Of a stretch of DNA of 64,000 nt, positions 56,740-64,000 are shown piece by piece; within the stretch, counting starts at the first letter, position 1, and each line of letters begins with the position of its first letter. Under the pieces are notes generated by a model. That model saw only the letters and a program-made list of their open reading frames with translations. It was not told where the DNA came from and did no database searches. The stretch comes from Candidatus Krumholzibacteriia bacterium (lineage in GTDB: Bacteria > Krumholzibacteriota > Krumholzibacteriia > JAJRXK01): positions 544,001-608,000 of the forward strand of contig JBGPIA010000002.1 in the NCBI GenBank assembly GCA_041484665.1, written 5' to 3'. The translations under genes were made by a program, and so were the position numbers.

Positions 56740-57887
56740 GCTCGCCACCCCCGCCAGCGGTCGGTCGGCGCGCTGCGTTGCCGCACGCTGCGGCCGACGT
56801 TGAGCAGCACGCCGACGCCCGCCAGGTTGGAGACCATGGCGGAGCCGCCATAGCTCAAGAACGGCAGCGGTAGTCCCGTCACCGGGATCAGCGCGACCGC
56901 CACGGCGAGGTTCAAGGTCGCATAGCAGAGGATCATGCACGTCAGCGAGAGGGCCACCAGATAGCCCAGCCCGTCGGGCGCGCGCAGCGCGATCTTCATG
57001 GCGCGCGCCGTCCACAGCCCCAGCACCAGCACGAGGCCACAGGTGCCCACAAAGCCCAGCTCTTCGCCCAGGATGGCGAAGATGAAGTCGGTGTGGCCGG
57101 CGGGCAGAAACAGGTACTTCATGGTGCTCATGCCCGGGCCCACCCCCAGCAGCCCGCCGCTGCCCAGCGCGGTGAGGCCCTGGATCGACTGGTAGGCCAA
57201 CTCACCCTGACCGGTGCCCGTCAGCAGCAGCGAGAGCCAGACCTCCACGCGGTCGTGGAGCTTGTCCACGTGCAGGTAGCCGAGCCAGCACAACAGCGCG
57301 CCGCCCGCGGCCAGCGTGAACACGTAACTTCGCTTCACGCCGGCCAGCCAGAACACCGCCAGCGTCATGATCGACAGCGCCATGGCGCTGCCGAAGTTCG
57401 GCTGCAGCGCGAGCAACATCAGGACGACCGCCGGCACGGCGAGCAGCTTCACGAATCCCCAACGCAGCTGGGTCGTGCTCTCCGGATGGTGGTCGATCCA
57501 CCAGGGCAGGCTCAGCGCCAGACTGAGCTTCACCAGCTCGACGGGCTGGACGACGACACCGAACAGCGAGATCCAGCGCGGGATGCCGTGGGCCTGCTTG
57601 ACGGAGGCGCTGCCCACCACGGTCACCGCCAACAGCGCGAGCGCCACGGGCAGCGTGTAGAGCGCGATGCGGCACGAGGTGCGGTAGGGCACGCAGGCCG
57701 CCACGAGCATAAGCACGATTCCCAGTACGGCGCGCAGCGTGTGCCGCGCGGCGATGCTGAACTCGGCCCCACCTGCCAGCGTCGCCCGGTAGGTGCTCGA
57801 GCAGTAGACCATCACCACGCCCACGCCGACCAGCAGCAGGGTGATGAACAGCAACCGGCGGTCGGGGAAGCCCCCCATGCGGATCAT
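56736..57887 (-). CDS. ftsW: SEDS peptidoglycan polymerase FtsW
   Basis: 'RWI...QPVELVK', 'QPNFG', 'HTDFIFAILGEELG', 'LPFLSYGGS'. Confidence 0.96.
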   Translation of the reverse strand: MIRMGGFPDRRLLFITLLLVGVGVVMVYCSSTYRATLAGGAEFSIAARHTLRAVLGIVLMLVAACVPYRTSCRIALYTLPVALALLAVTVVGSASVKQAHGIPRWISLFGVVVQPVELVKLSLALSLPWWIDHHPESTTQLRWGFVKLLAVPAVVLMLLALQPNFGSAMALSIMTLAVFWLAGVKRSYVFTLAAGGALLCWLGYLHVDKLHDRVEVWLSLLLTGTGQGELAYQSIQGLTALGSGGLLGVGPGMSTMKYLFLPAGHTDFIFAILGEELGFVGTCGLVLVLGLWTARAMKIALRAPDGLGYLVALSLTCMILCYATLNLAVAVALIPVTGLPLPFLSYGGSAMVSNLAGVGVLLNVGRSVRQRSAPTDRWRGWRA

Positions 57888-59344
57888 GCCGCCCCTCCCG
57901 CGCGCTCGCGCACCCAGGCGGCGAACACGTCGCCGCGGTGCTCGTAGTTGCGGAACTCGTCGAAGCTGGCGCAAGCCGGCGACAACAGCACGACATCCCC
58001 GGCTCGCGCGATCTCCGCCGCGCGGGCGAGCGCCGCCAGCATTCCGGCGTGCTGCTCGATCGCCACGCTGCCGGACAGCGCGCGCGCGATCGCCGGTCCC
58101 TCCTCGCCGTAGCACAGCGCCAGTTTGACCGGGGCCATGAGGCCGCGCAGCGGCCGGTAGTCCTCCCCCTTGCCCCGACCGCCCAGCAGCAGCACGACTG
58201 GGTCGGTCAGGCCCGCGAGGGCGGCGCAGGCGGCGTGCACGTTGGTCGCCTTGCTGTCGTCGACGTAACGCACGCCGGCGATCGTGCCAGCCAGCTGCGC
58301 GCGATGCGGCAACCCGCGGAACCGCCGCAGCGCGGCGGCCTCGGCCTCCACGGGTAGCGCGAAGGGCGTGCACGCGGCGAGGGCAGCCAGCACGTTGAGC
58401 AGGTTGTGGCCGCCCAGCAGCGGGAGCTCGGCGGCGGGCAGCACGGGCGTCGTACGCCCGCCCGCCTGCAACGCCGCGCGGCCTTCCACCAGACTGGCGC
58501 CTTCCTGCCCGGCTGGCAGCGGTCGCGCGGCGAAGCGCAGCGGCCGCGCGGGGCAGCCGCGGCTCCATTCCTCCCCGCGCGGGTCGCCGGCGGGGAAGAC
58601 GAAGCAGTCGTCGGCGCGCACGTTGCGCAGCATGTTGCGCTTGGCTGCCGCATAGGTGTCGACATCGGGATAGCGGTCGAGATGATCCGGCGCGACGTTC
58701 AGCAGCACGGAGACCTTCGGCCGCAGGTGGACGATGCGCTCGAGCTGGAAACTGCTGGCTTCCAGCACTACCACGTGGTCACGGGTGGCCTGCGCGACCA
58801 CGGCGCACGCGGCCAGCCCGATGTTGCCCGCCAAGAGCGACGGGCGTCCCGCACCCTGCAGCAGCGCGTGGATCAGGCTCACGGTGGTGCTCTTGCCGTT
58901 GGTGCCGGTGACCAGCACGATGGGCGCCGTGATGCGCCGCGCTGCCAGCTCCAGCTCGGCGAGCACGGGCAGTCCCCGCTCGTGCGCCGCGACGACCAGC
59001 GGGTGCGTCGGCGGAACGCCCGGGCTGAGGATCACGGCGTCGGCTACAGCCAGCGGCGCGACCGCACCTGCCGCGATGCGCCGCGGGGCCGTCGCCGGCG
59101 CGTGGGGGTCGGCGTCGGGGGCCAGCCCCACCGACCATTGGCGCGCCCGCCGCTGCAACGCCCGCGCGTCGGGCGGCAGCCGCTCCAGCGCCTGGTCGTC
59201 GAACAGAAGCACCTCGGCACCCTCAGCCAGCAGCAGCTCGGCAGCGGCCACGCCGCTGCGGCCCAACCCAATGACGGCGACCGCGAGCCCTTTCCAGCTC
59301 CGGTCCGCGCTGAGCGGGTCGCCGTGCATCGTCGCCTCCCTCAT
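57884..59344 (-). CDS. murD: UDP-MurNAc-L-Ala--D-glutamate ligase
   Basis: 'GLGRSG', 'TGTNGKSTT', 'GNIG', 'EASSFQL', 'DSKATN', 'SPACASFDEF'. Confidence 0.97.
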   Translation of the reverse strand: MREATMHGDPLSADRSWKGLAVAVIGLGRSGVAAAELLLAEGAEVLLFDDQALERLPPDARALQRRARQWSVGLAPDADPHAPATAPRRIAAGAVAPLAVADAVILSPGVPPTHPLVVAAHERGLPVLAELELAARRITAPIVLVTGTNGKSTTVSLIHALLQGAGRPSLLAGNIGLAACAVVAQATRDHVVVLEASSFQLERIVHLRPKVSVLLNVAPDHLDRYPDVDTYAAAKRNMLRNVRADDCFVFPAGDPRGEEWSRGCPARPLRFAARPLPAGQEGASLVEGRAALQAGGRTTPVLPAAELPLLGGHNLLNVLAALAACTPFALPVEAEAAALRRFRGLPHRAQLAGTIAGVRYVDDSKATNVHAACAALAGLTDPVVLLLGGRGKGEDYRPLRGLMAPVKLALCYGEEGPAIARALSGSVAIEQHAGMLAALARAAEIARAGDVVLLSPACASFDEFRNYEHRGDVFAAWVRERAGGAA

Positions 59345-60426
59345 CGCAGCTTCAGCGTCGAGACGCTCAGGAGCGCGAGCAGGATGCCCACGACCCAGAA
59401 ACGGATGACGACCTTGGTCTCCGACCAGCCGATCAACTCGAAGTGGTGGTGCAGCGGCGCCATCTTGAAGATGCGTTTGCCGCGCAGCCGGAAGCTCAGC
59501 ACCTGCAGGAACCAGGACAGCGCCTCCGCCACGAACACGCCGCCGATGACGACCAGCAGCAGCTCCTGCTTGATCAGGAGCGCCACGGAGGCCAGCGCGC
59601 CGCCCAGGGCCATCGATCCCGTGTCGCCCATGAACAGCTCGGCCGGGTGGGCGTTGAACCAGAGGAAACCCAGCGCGGCTCCCAGCAGCGCCAGACAATA
59701 CACCGTGAGCTCTCCGGCGCCGCGCAGGTGCAGGATGTTCAGATAGTTGGCGAAGATGGAGTTGCCGCTGGCGTAGGCGAATCCGGCCAGCGCAAGGAAC
59801 GCGACGGCGACCAGGCCGATGGCCAGCCCGTCGAGACCATCGGCCAGGTTGACCGCATTGCCGGTCCCGGCGAACACGAGGATGGCGAAGGGGATATAGA
59901 GCGAGCCGAAGTCGAGGTAGACATTTTTGAGGAACGGGATCGAGGTGCGCGTAGCGATCCCGGCGTACTCGGGCTCGTGGATCATCCACCAGCCCAGCCA
60001 CAGACCGAAGGCGGCCTGCAGCAGCAGCTTCCAGCGGCCGCGCAGGCCCGTCTTCTTCTTGCGCGAGAGCTTGAGGTAGTCGTCCACCCAGCCGAGAAAG
60101 CCCATGTACACCGTCGCGAGCATCGCCACCAGCACCAGACGGTTGCCGAGATTGCCCCACAGCAGCATCGGCAGCAGCACGGCAGCCAGGATCAGCAGCC
60201 CGCCCATGGTGGGCGTGCCAGCCTTGGCCTGGTGGTGCTTGGGGCCCTCCGCGCGAATGGTCTCGCCGATCTGCAGCTCCCGCAGACGGCGAATGGTCCA
60301 CCCGCCGAAGAAGAAGCAGATGAGCAGCGCGGTGATGGTTGCGTACGCCGCGCGAAACGTGATGTAGCGAAAGACATTGAAGGGATGCCACAGCACCACC
60401 AGTTGGTCGACGAGGCTGTAGAACAC
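59341..60426 (-). CDS. mraY: Phospho-MurNAc-pentapeptide transferase
   Basis: 'KAGTPTMGG', 'DDYLK', 'NAVNLADGLDGLA', 'FMGDTGS', 'MAPLHHHFE'. Confidence 0.98.
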   Translation of the reverse strand: MFYSLVDQLVVLWHPFNVFRYITFRAAYATITALLICFFFGGWTIRRLRELQIGETIRAEGPKHHQAKAGTPTMGGLLILAAVLLPMLLWGNLGNRLVLVAMLATVYMGFLGWVDDYLKLSRKKKTGLRGRWKLLLQAAFGLWLGWWMIHEPEYAGIATRTSIPFLKNVYLDFGSLYIPFAILVFAGTGNAVNLADGLDGLAIGLVAVAFLALAGFAYASGNSIFANYLNILHLRGAGELTVYCLALLGAALGFLWFNAHPAELFMGDTGSMALGGALASVALLIKQELLLVVIGGVFVAEALSWFLQVLSFRLRGKRIFKMAPLHHHFELIGWSETKVVIRFWVVGILLALLSVSTLKLR

Positions 60427-60430
60427 GGTC

Positions 60431-61864
60431 CTACCCCTTCTCCCCTGCCAGCGTATCGAGCAGCGCAGCGATCGCGGTCTCCAACCCCACGCTGCGGCTG
60501 CCCTTGAAGAGCAGCACGTCCCCGTGGGCGCTGGTGGCAGCGACCAGCCGCCCCACGGACACGAGATCCTCCTGCGCCTTCCCGCTGCCCAGGCCCGGCG
60601 GCGTGTACAGGTCGTCCTCCCCGCAGGCGAGCGTCATCTCCGGGCCCACCGGCACGATGCGATCGATGCCCAGCGACCGGGCCTCCCGAATGACCTGCTG
60701 GTGCAGCGCGAGGGACTGCGGGCCCAGCTCGGCCATCGAGCCCAGCACGGCCACGCGCCGTCCGCGCGCCGGCATCGCGGCGAGGCTGCGCAGCGCCGCA
60801 CGCATGCTCGCCGGATTGGCGTTGTAGCAGTCGTCCAGGATCGTACGTCCGGCCGCGTGCAGCAGCGTCGAGCGGTGGGGCGACAGCGGCGTGGCGCAGA
60901 CGCGCTGCAGTGCTTCCTTCGGTGGCACGCCCAGCTCGCCGGCCAGAGCACACGCCGCGGCGGCGTTGGCTCCATTGGCCTCGCCAAACATCCTCAAGAC
61001 GCCGCGGTAGCCGTTGATGGAGATGCGTAGACCGTCCGCGCGCTGCTCGCACTCCTCCAGCCGTACGTGGGCGCCCGGATTGCGCCCGAATACGACGACG
61101 CGGCTCGCGCGGCAGCGCCGCCGCAGCGCCTCGATGCTCGGGTCGTCGCCATTGAGCACCGCCGCGCCGTTCTGGGGCAGCGCTTCGACCAGCTCCCCCT
61201 TCGCCGCGAGCACGCCCTCCACACCGCCGAAGCTCTCCAGGTGCGCCGCGCCCACGTTGGTGATGCAGCCGATATGCGGGCGCGCCATGGCGGCGAGCCG
61301 GCCGATCTCCCCCGGGCGGGTGGCGCCCATCTCCAGCACGAGGATCTCCTCGTCGCCATGCTGCTGGAGCACCGCCAGAGGCAGCCCCCAGCCGCTGTTG
61401 AGATTCCCCGGATTGGCGCCCACCCGGCGCGCGCCCCCCAGCGCCGCCCGCAGCATGTCCTTGGTCGTGGTCTTGCCGTTGCTGCCGGTGATGCCCACCA
61501 CGGTGGGATGGAAGCGGGCGAGGTAGCCCCCCGCCAGGGCCGCCAGCGCCCCTCTTCCATCGGCCACCAGGAACACGGGCGCGCGCGCTCCCTCCACCGC
61601 GGGGAAGGAACCCTCCACCAGCGCGCCCGCGGCACCGGCCGCAACTGCGGGACCGACGAACCGGCCACCGTGCATGTGCTCACCTTGCACGCCCACGAAG
61701 AGATCACCCGCCGACACGTTGCGGCTGTCGATGCTGGCGCCGCTGAACACGACCTGGGCAAGCTCGTCGGGGCGCTGCCACGGCGAGCCGTCGGCGCGCG
61801 TCACGCGATGCCGCTGGCTCGCCTCCGCAAGCCAATGCACGACCTCCAGCCCGCTCAGGCTCAT
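60431..61864 (-). CDS. murF: UDP-MurNAc-tripeptide--D-Ala-D-Ala ligase
   Basis: 'IDSR', 'TGSNGKTTTK', 'EMG', 'DDCYNANPASM', 'FKGSR'. Confidence 0.96.
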   Translation of the reverse strand: MSLSGLEVVHWLAEASQRHRVTRADGSPWQRPDELAQVVFSGASIDSRNVSAGDLFVGVQGEHMHGGRFVGPAVAAGAAGALVEGSFPAVEGARAPVFLVADGRGALAALAGGYLARFHPTVVGITGSNGKTTTKDMLRAALGGARRVGANPGNLNSGWGLPLAVLQQHGDEEILVLEMGATRPGEIGRLAAMARPHIGCITNVGAAHLESFGGVEGVLAAKGELVEALPQNGAAVLNGDDPSIEALRRRCRASRVVVFGRNPGAHVRLEECEQRADGLRISINGYRGVLRMFGEANGANAAAACALAGELGVPPKEALQRVCATPLSPHRSTLLHAAGRTILDDCYNANPASMRAALRSLAAMPARGRRVAVLGSMAELGPQSLALHQQVIREARSLGIDRIVPVGPEMTLACGEDDLYTPPGLGSGKAQEDLVSVGRLVAATSAHGDVLLFKGSRSVGLETAIAALLDTLAGEKG

Positions 61865-63420
61865 GCCGCCCCTCCCTGCCGGTCGCGTCGCACCGCGGCG
61901 GCTGCGCCGCCCGCGGCGCGCCCGCGCAGGCTCGCCCAGCCTGCGCGGGCCGCGGCGCGATCGTCCCAGGGCAGCTTCTGGCTTCCAACGATCTGGTACG
62001 TCTCGTGCCCCTTGCCGGCGACCAGCACCACGTCCTGGGGGGAGGCCTCGGCCAGCGCGGCGGCGATCGCCTCGCCGCGGTCGGGGATGGTGCGCGCGCG
62101 GTCGAGGGCTCCGGCAGCGATGAAGCCGCGCTCGGCGTCCTGGAAGATGCGCTGCGGATCCTCGGTGCGCGGGTTGTCCAGGGTGAGGATCGCGAGGTCG
62201 GCAGCGGCAGCCGCCGCTTCGGCCATCAGGGGCCGCTTGCCGCGATCGCGGTCGCCGCCGCATCCGAAGACCAGCAGCAAACGACCGCGCGTGAGAGCGC
62301 GCGCGGCGGCCAGCGCCTTCGCCATGCCATCGGGCGTGTGCGCATAGTCCACCAGAACGAGCGGTCCGCCCTCCAGCGCGACGGGCTCCATGCGCCCCGC
62401 GACGACGCGGGCGGCCTCCAGTCCGGCCGCGATCGCCTCGGGGGACAGTCCGAGGGCGTGCGCGATCCCGGCGCACAGCAGCAGGTTCTCCGCGTTGTAG
62501 GGCCCCAGCAGCCTGCAGCGCGCCTCCACCTCGCGTCCGGCGAGGTCCAGGCGCAGCTGCGTGCCCTCCCGGTCGTAGCGCGCGTGGAGGAGACGCACCG
62601 TCGCCCCGCCGCGGCGCCCCACTGTCACAGCATCCTTGGGCCAGGCCGCACCGCCCAGGATGGGATCGTCGCCGTTGACCACCACGCGGCCGGGAGGCTT
62701 GCGCCGGCGTGGCCCCGCGAGCCGATCGAGCAGCCTGAGCTTGGCCGCCAAGTAGGCGTCAGGACTGGCGTGGTAGTCGAGGTGCTCGCGCGTGACGTTG
62801 CTGAACGCGGCCACATCCACCTCGCAGCGGCCCAGTCGCTCCTGATCGAGCGCGTGGCTGCTGGCCTCGAACGCACAAGCGGAGAGCCCTACGTCGCGCA
62901 TCTCCGCCAGCAACGCGAAGAAGGCCACGGCGTCGGGGGTCGTGAGCGCGGCCCGCAGCGACTGAGCGCCAGTCTCGTAGGCGATCGTGCCAATGAGCCC
63001 GCAACGCCGGCCAGCGCTCTCGAGCACGTCGCGCACCAGATGCGTGGTGGTCGTCTTTCCGTTGGTCCCCGTGACCGCGACCAGCGTCAGCGCGGAATCG
63101 GGCTGGCCGTGGAAGGCGCGCGCCAGATCGCCCAGCGCGCGCCGCGGCTCGTGCACCGCGTAGCACGCGGCGGCAGGCGCCTGCGGCAGCGCGACGCGCT
63201 CGCCTTCCTGCACGATCACCGCGGCCGCACCCCGGGCCAGCGCGTCGGGCACGAAGGCGTGCCCGTTGGCGATCGTGCCGCGGATCGCCACGAAGCACTC
63301 CCCGGGCTGGACCTGTCGGCTGTCGCTGGTGATGCCGGTCAGCTCGGCGTCCGCCGGCCCCGCCGCGTGCCGGCACTCGATGCCCGTCAGCAGGGTAGAC
63401 AGCGCGCGCTGCGTCCTCAC
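61861..63420 (-). CDS. murE: UDP-MurNAc-dipeptide--meso-diaminopimelate ligase
   Basis: 'TGTNGKTTT', 'TTPD', 'EASSH', 'DYAHTPD', 'GCGGDRD', DAP-type 'DNPR', 'GKGHE'. Confidence 0.97.
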   Translation of the reverse strand: MRTQRALSTLLTGIECRHAAGPADAELTGITSDSRQVQPGECFVAIRGTIANGHAFVPDALARGAAAVIVQEGERVALPQAPAAACYAVHEPRRALGDLARAFHGQPDSALTLVAVTGTNGKTTTTHLVRDVLESAGRRCGLIGTIAYETGAQSLRAALTTPDAVAFFALLAEMRDVGLSACAFEASSHALDQERLGRCEVDVAAFSNVTREHLDYHASPDAYLAAKLRLLDRLAGPRRRKPPGRVVVNGDDPILGGAAWPKDAVTVGRRGGATVRLLHARYDREGTQLRLDLAGREVEARCRLLGPYNAENLLLCAGIAHALGLSPEAIAAGLEAARVVAGRMEPVALEGGPLVLVDYAHTPDGMAKALAAARALTRGRLLLVFGCGGDRDRGKRPLMAEAAAAAADLAILTLDNPRTEDPQRIFQDAERGFIAAGALDRARTIPDRGEAIAAALAEASPQDVVLVAGKGHETYQIVGSQKLPWDDRAAARAGWASLRGRAAGGAAAAVRRDRQGGAA

Positions 63421-64000
63421 GGCTGGCCCTCCCTCCGCCAGGCCACCTGGACCAGCGCGCCTTGGGCGAGGCGCGCACCCGGCCTCGGAAGCTGGCTGAT
63501 CGCGCGCAGCATGCTGCCCTGCGGCAGCGGCTCGACGCGCAGCCCCTGCGCTTGGGCCAGCGCCAGCACCTCCGGCGCGCTGTGGCCACGCAGGTCGGGC
63601 ACGATTCGCTCGGCGACCGCAGGCGCCGGCTGCGGCCTGGATGGCTCGGCGGGCGGGACCCCCTCGGCATCCAGCCATTCGGTGCTCGCGAACACCTTGG
63701 AGATCACGCGGGCGTAGCACGGGGCGGCGGTCGTCCCGCCCCACCGCAGGGGCACGCGTGGGCGGTGCACCACGATGGCGCACAGCATGCGCGGGTCGTC
63801 GACCGGCGTGAAGCCCACGAAGCTCGCCGTGTAGGCGCCATCGAGGTAGCCGTGAGGACCGCTCATCTGGGCAGTGCCGGTCTTGCCGCCGATGGACAAC
63901 CCCTCGACGCGCGCGGTGTGTCCGGTGCCGTAGTCGTCCTCGACCACGCCATGGCAGAGGGCGCGCAGCGTGGCGATTACCTCGGGGGAAACGATGCGCT
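63417..64000 (-). CDS. ftsI: Class B penicillin-binding protein (FtsI/PBP3), C-terminal part with PASTA domain; truncated by window
   Basis: KTGTAQ motif, 'ASFVGF.P', PASTA 'VPDLRG...SQLPRPG'; directly upstream of murE. Confidence 0.9.
   Translation of the reverse strand, partial: RIVSPEVIATLRALCHGVVEDDYGTGHTARVEGLSIGGKTGTAQMSGPHGYLDGAYTASFVGFTPVDDPRMLCAIVVHRPRVPLRWGGTTAAPCYARVISKVFASTEWLDAEGVPPAEPSRPQPAPAVAERIVPDLRGHSAPEVLALAQAQGLRVEPLPQGSMLRAISQLPRPGARLAQGALVQVAWRREGQP

Noticed and set aside
1..64000. CRISPR arrays, tRNA/rRNA, transposases, integrases, phage or known defence genes
   Set aside because: No repeat-spacer pattern or signature motifs were seen by eye. Short RNAs could have been missed without covariance models.

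Overview
A very GC-rich, gene-dense chromosomal segment from a diderm bacterium (lipoprotein lipobox, DAP-type MurE), possibly an uncultured FCB-related lineage; the taxonomy is inference. I found no CRISPR array, tRNA, rRNA, IS element or prophage. Housekeeping content: the dcw cluster (ftsI partial, murE, murF, mraY, murD, ftsW, murG, murC, ftsQ, ftsA, ftsZ), carAB, recG, a lone trpA, moeA, a DEAD-box helicase, tricorn protease and M16/M28/M1 peptidases. The most notable signal is six good sigma54 (GG-N10-GC) promoter motifs, all upstream of poorly characterised genes, in three loci. (1) A candidate cell-polarity module at 14-22.6 kb: an MglA-type GTPase with a ~360-aa extension, a TPR partner, a zinc-finger protein fused to a RomX-like domain, an orphan gene on a divergent sigma54 promoter, an RsbW-like kinase, an HDOD protein, and a degenerate CheC with an intact CheY. 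No MglB is present in the window. (2) An operon of an SPFH protein plus three paralogous zinc-ribbon proteins, resembling a PspA-less ydjGHI system. (3) A putative hybrid kinase > DHp-only protein > NtrC-type activator relay, next to two divergent sigma54 targets. carAB also has a structured leader containing a terminator. All calls come from reading motifs by eye; no database searches were run.
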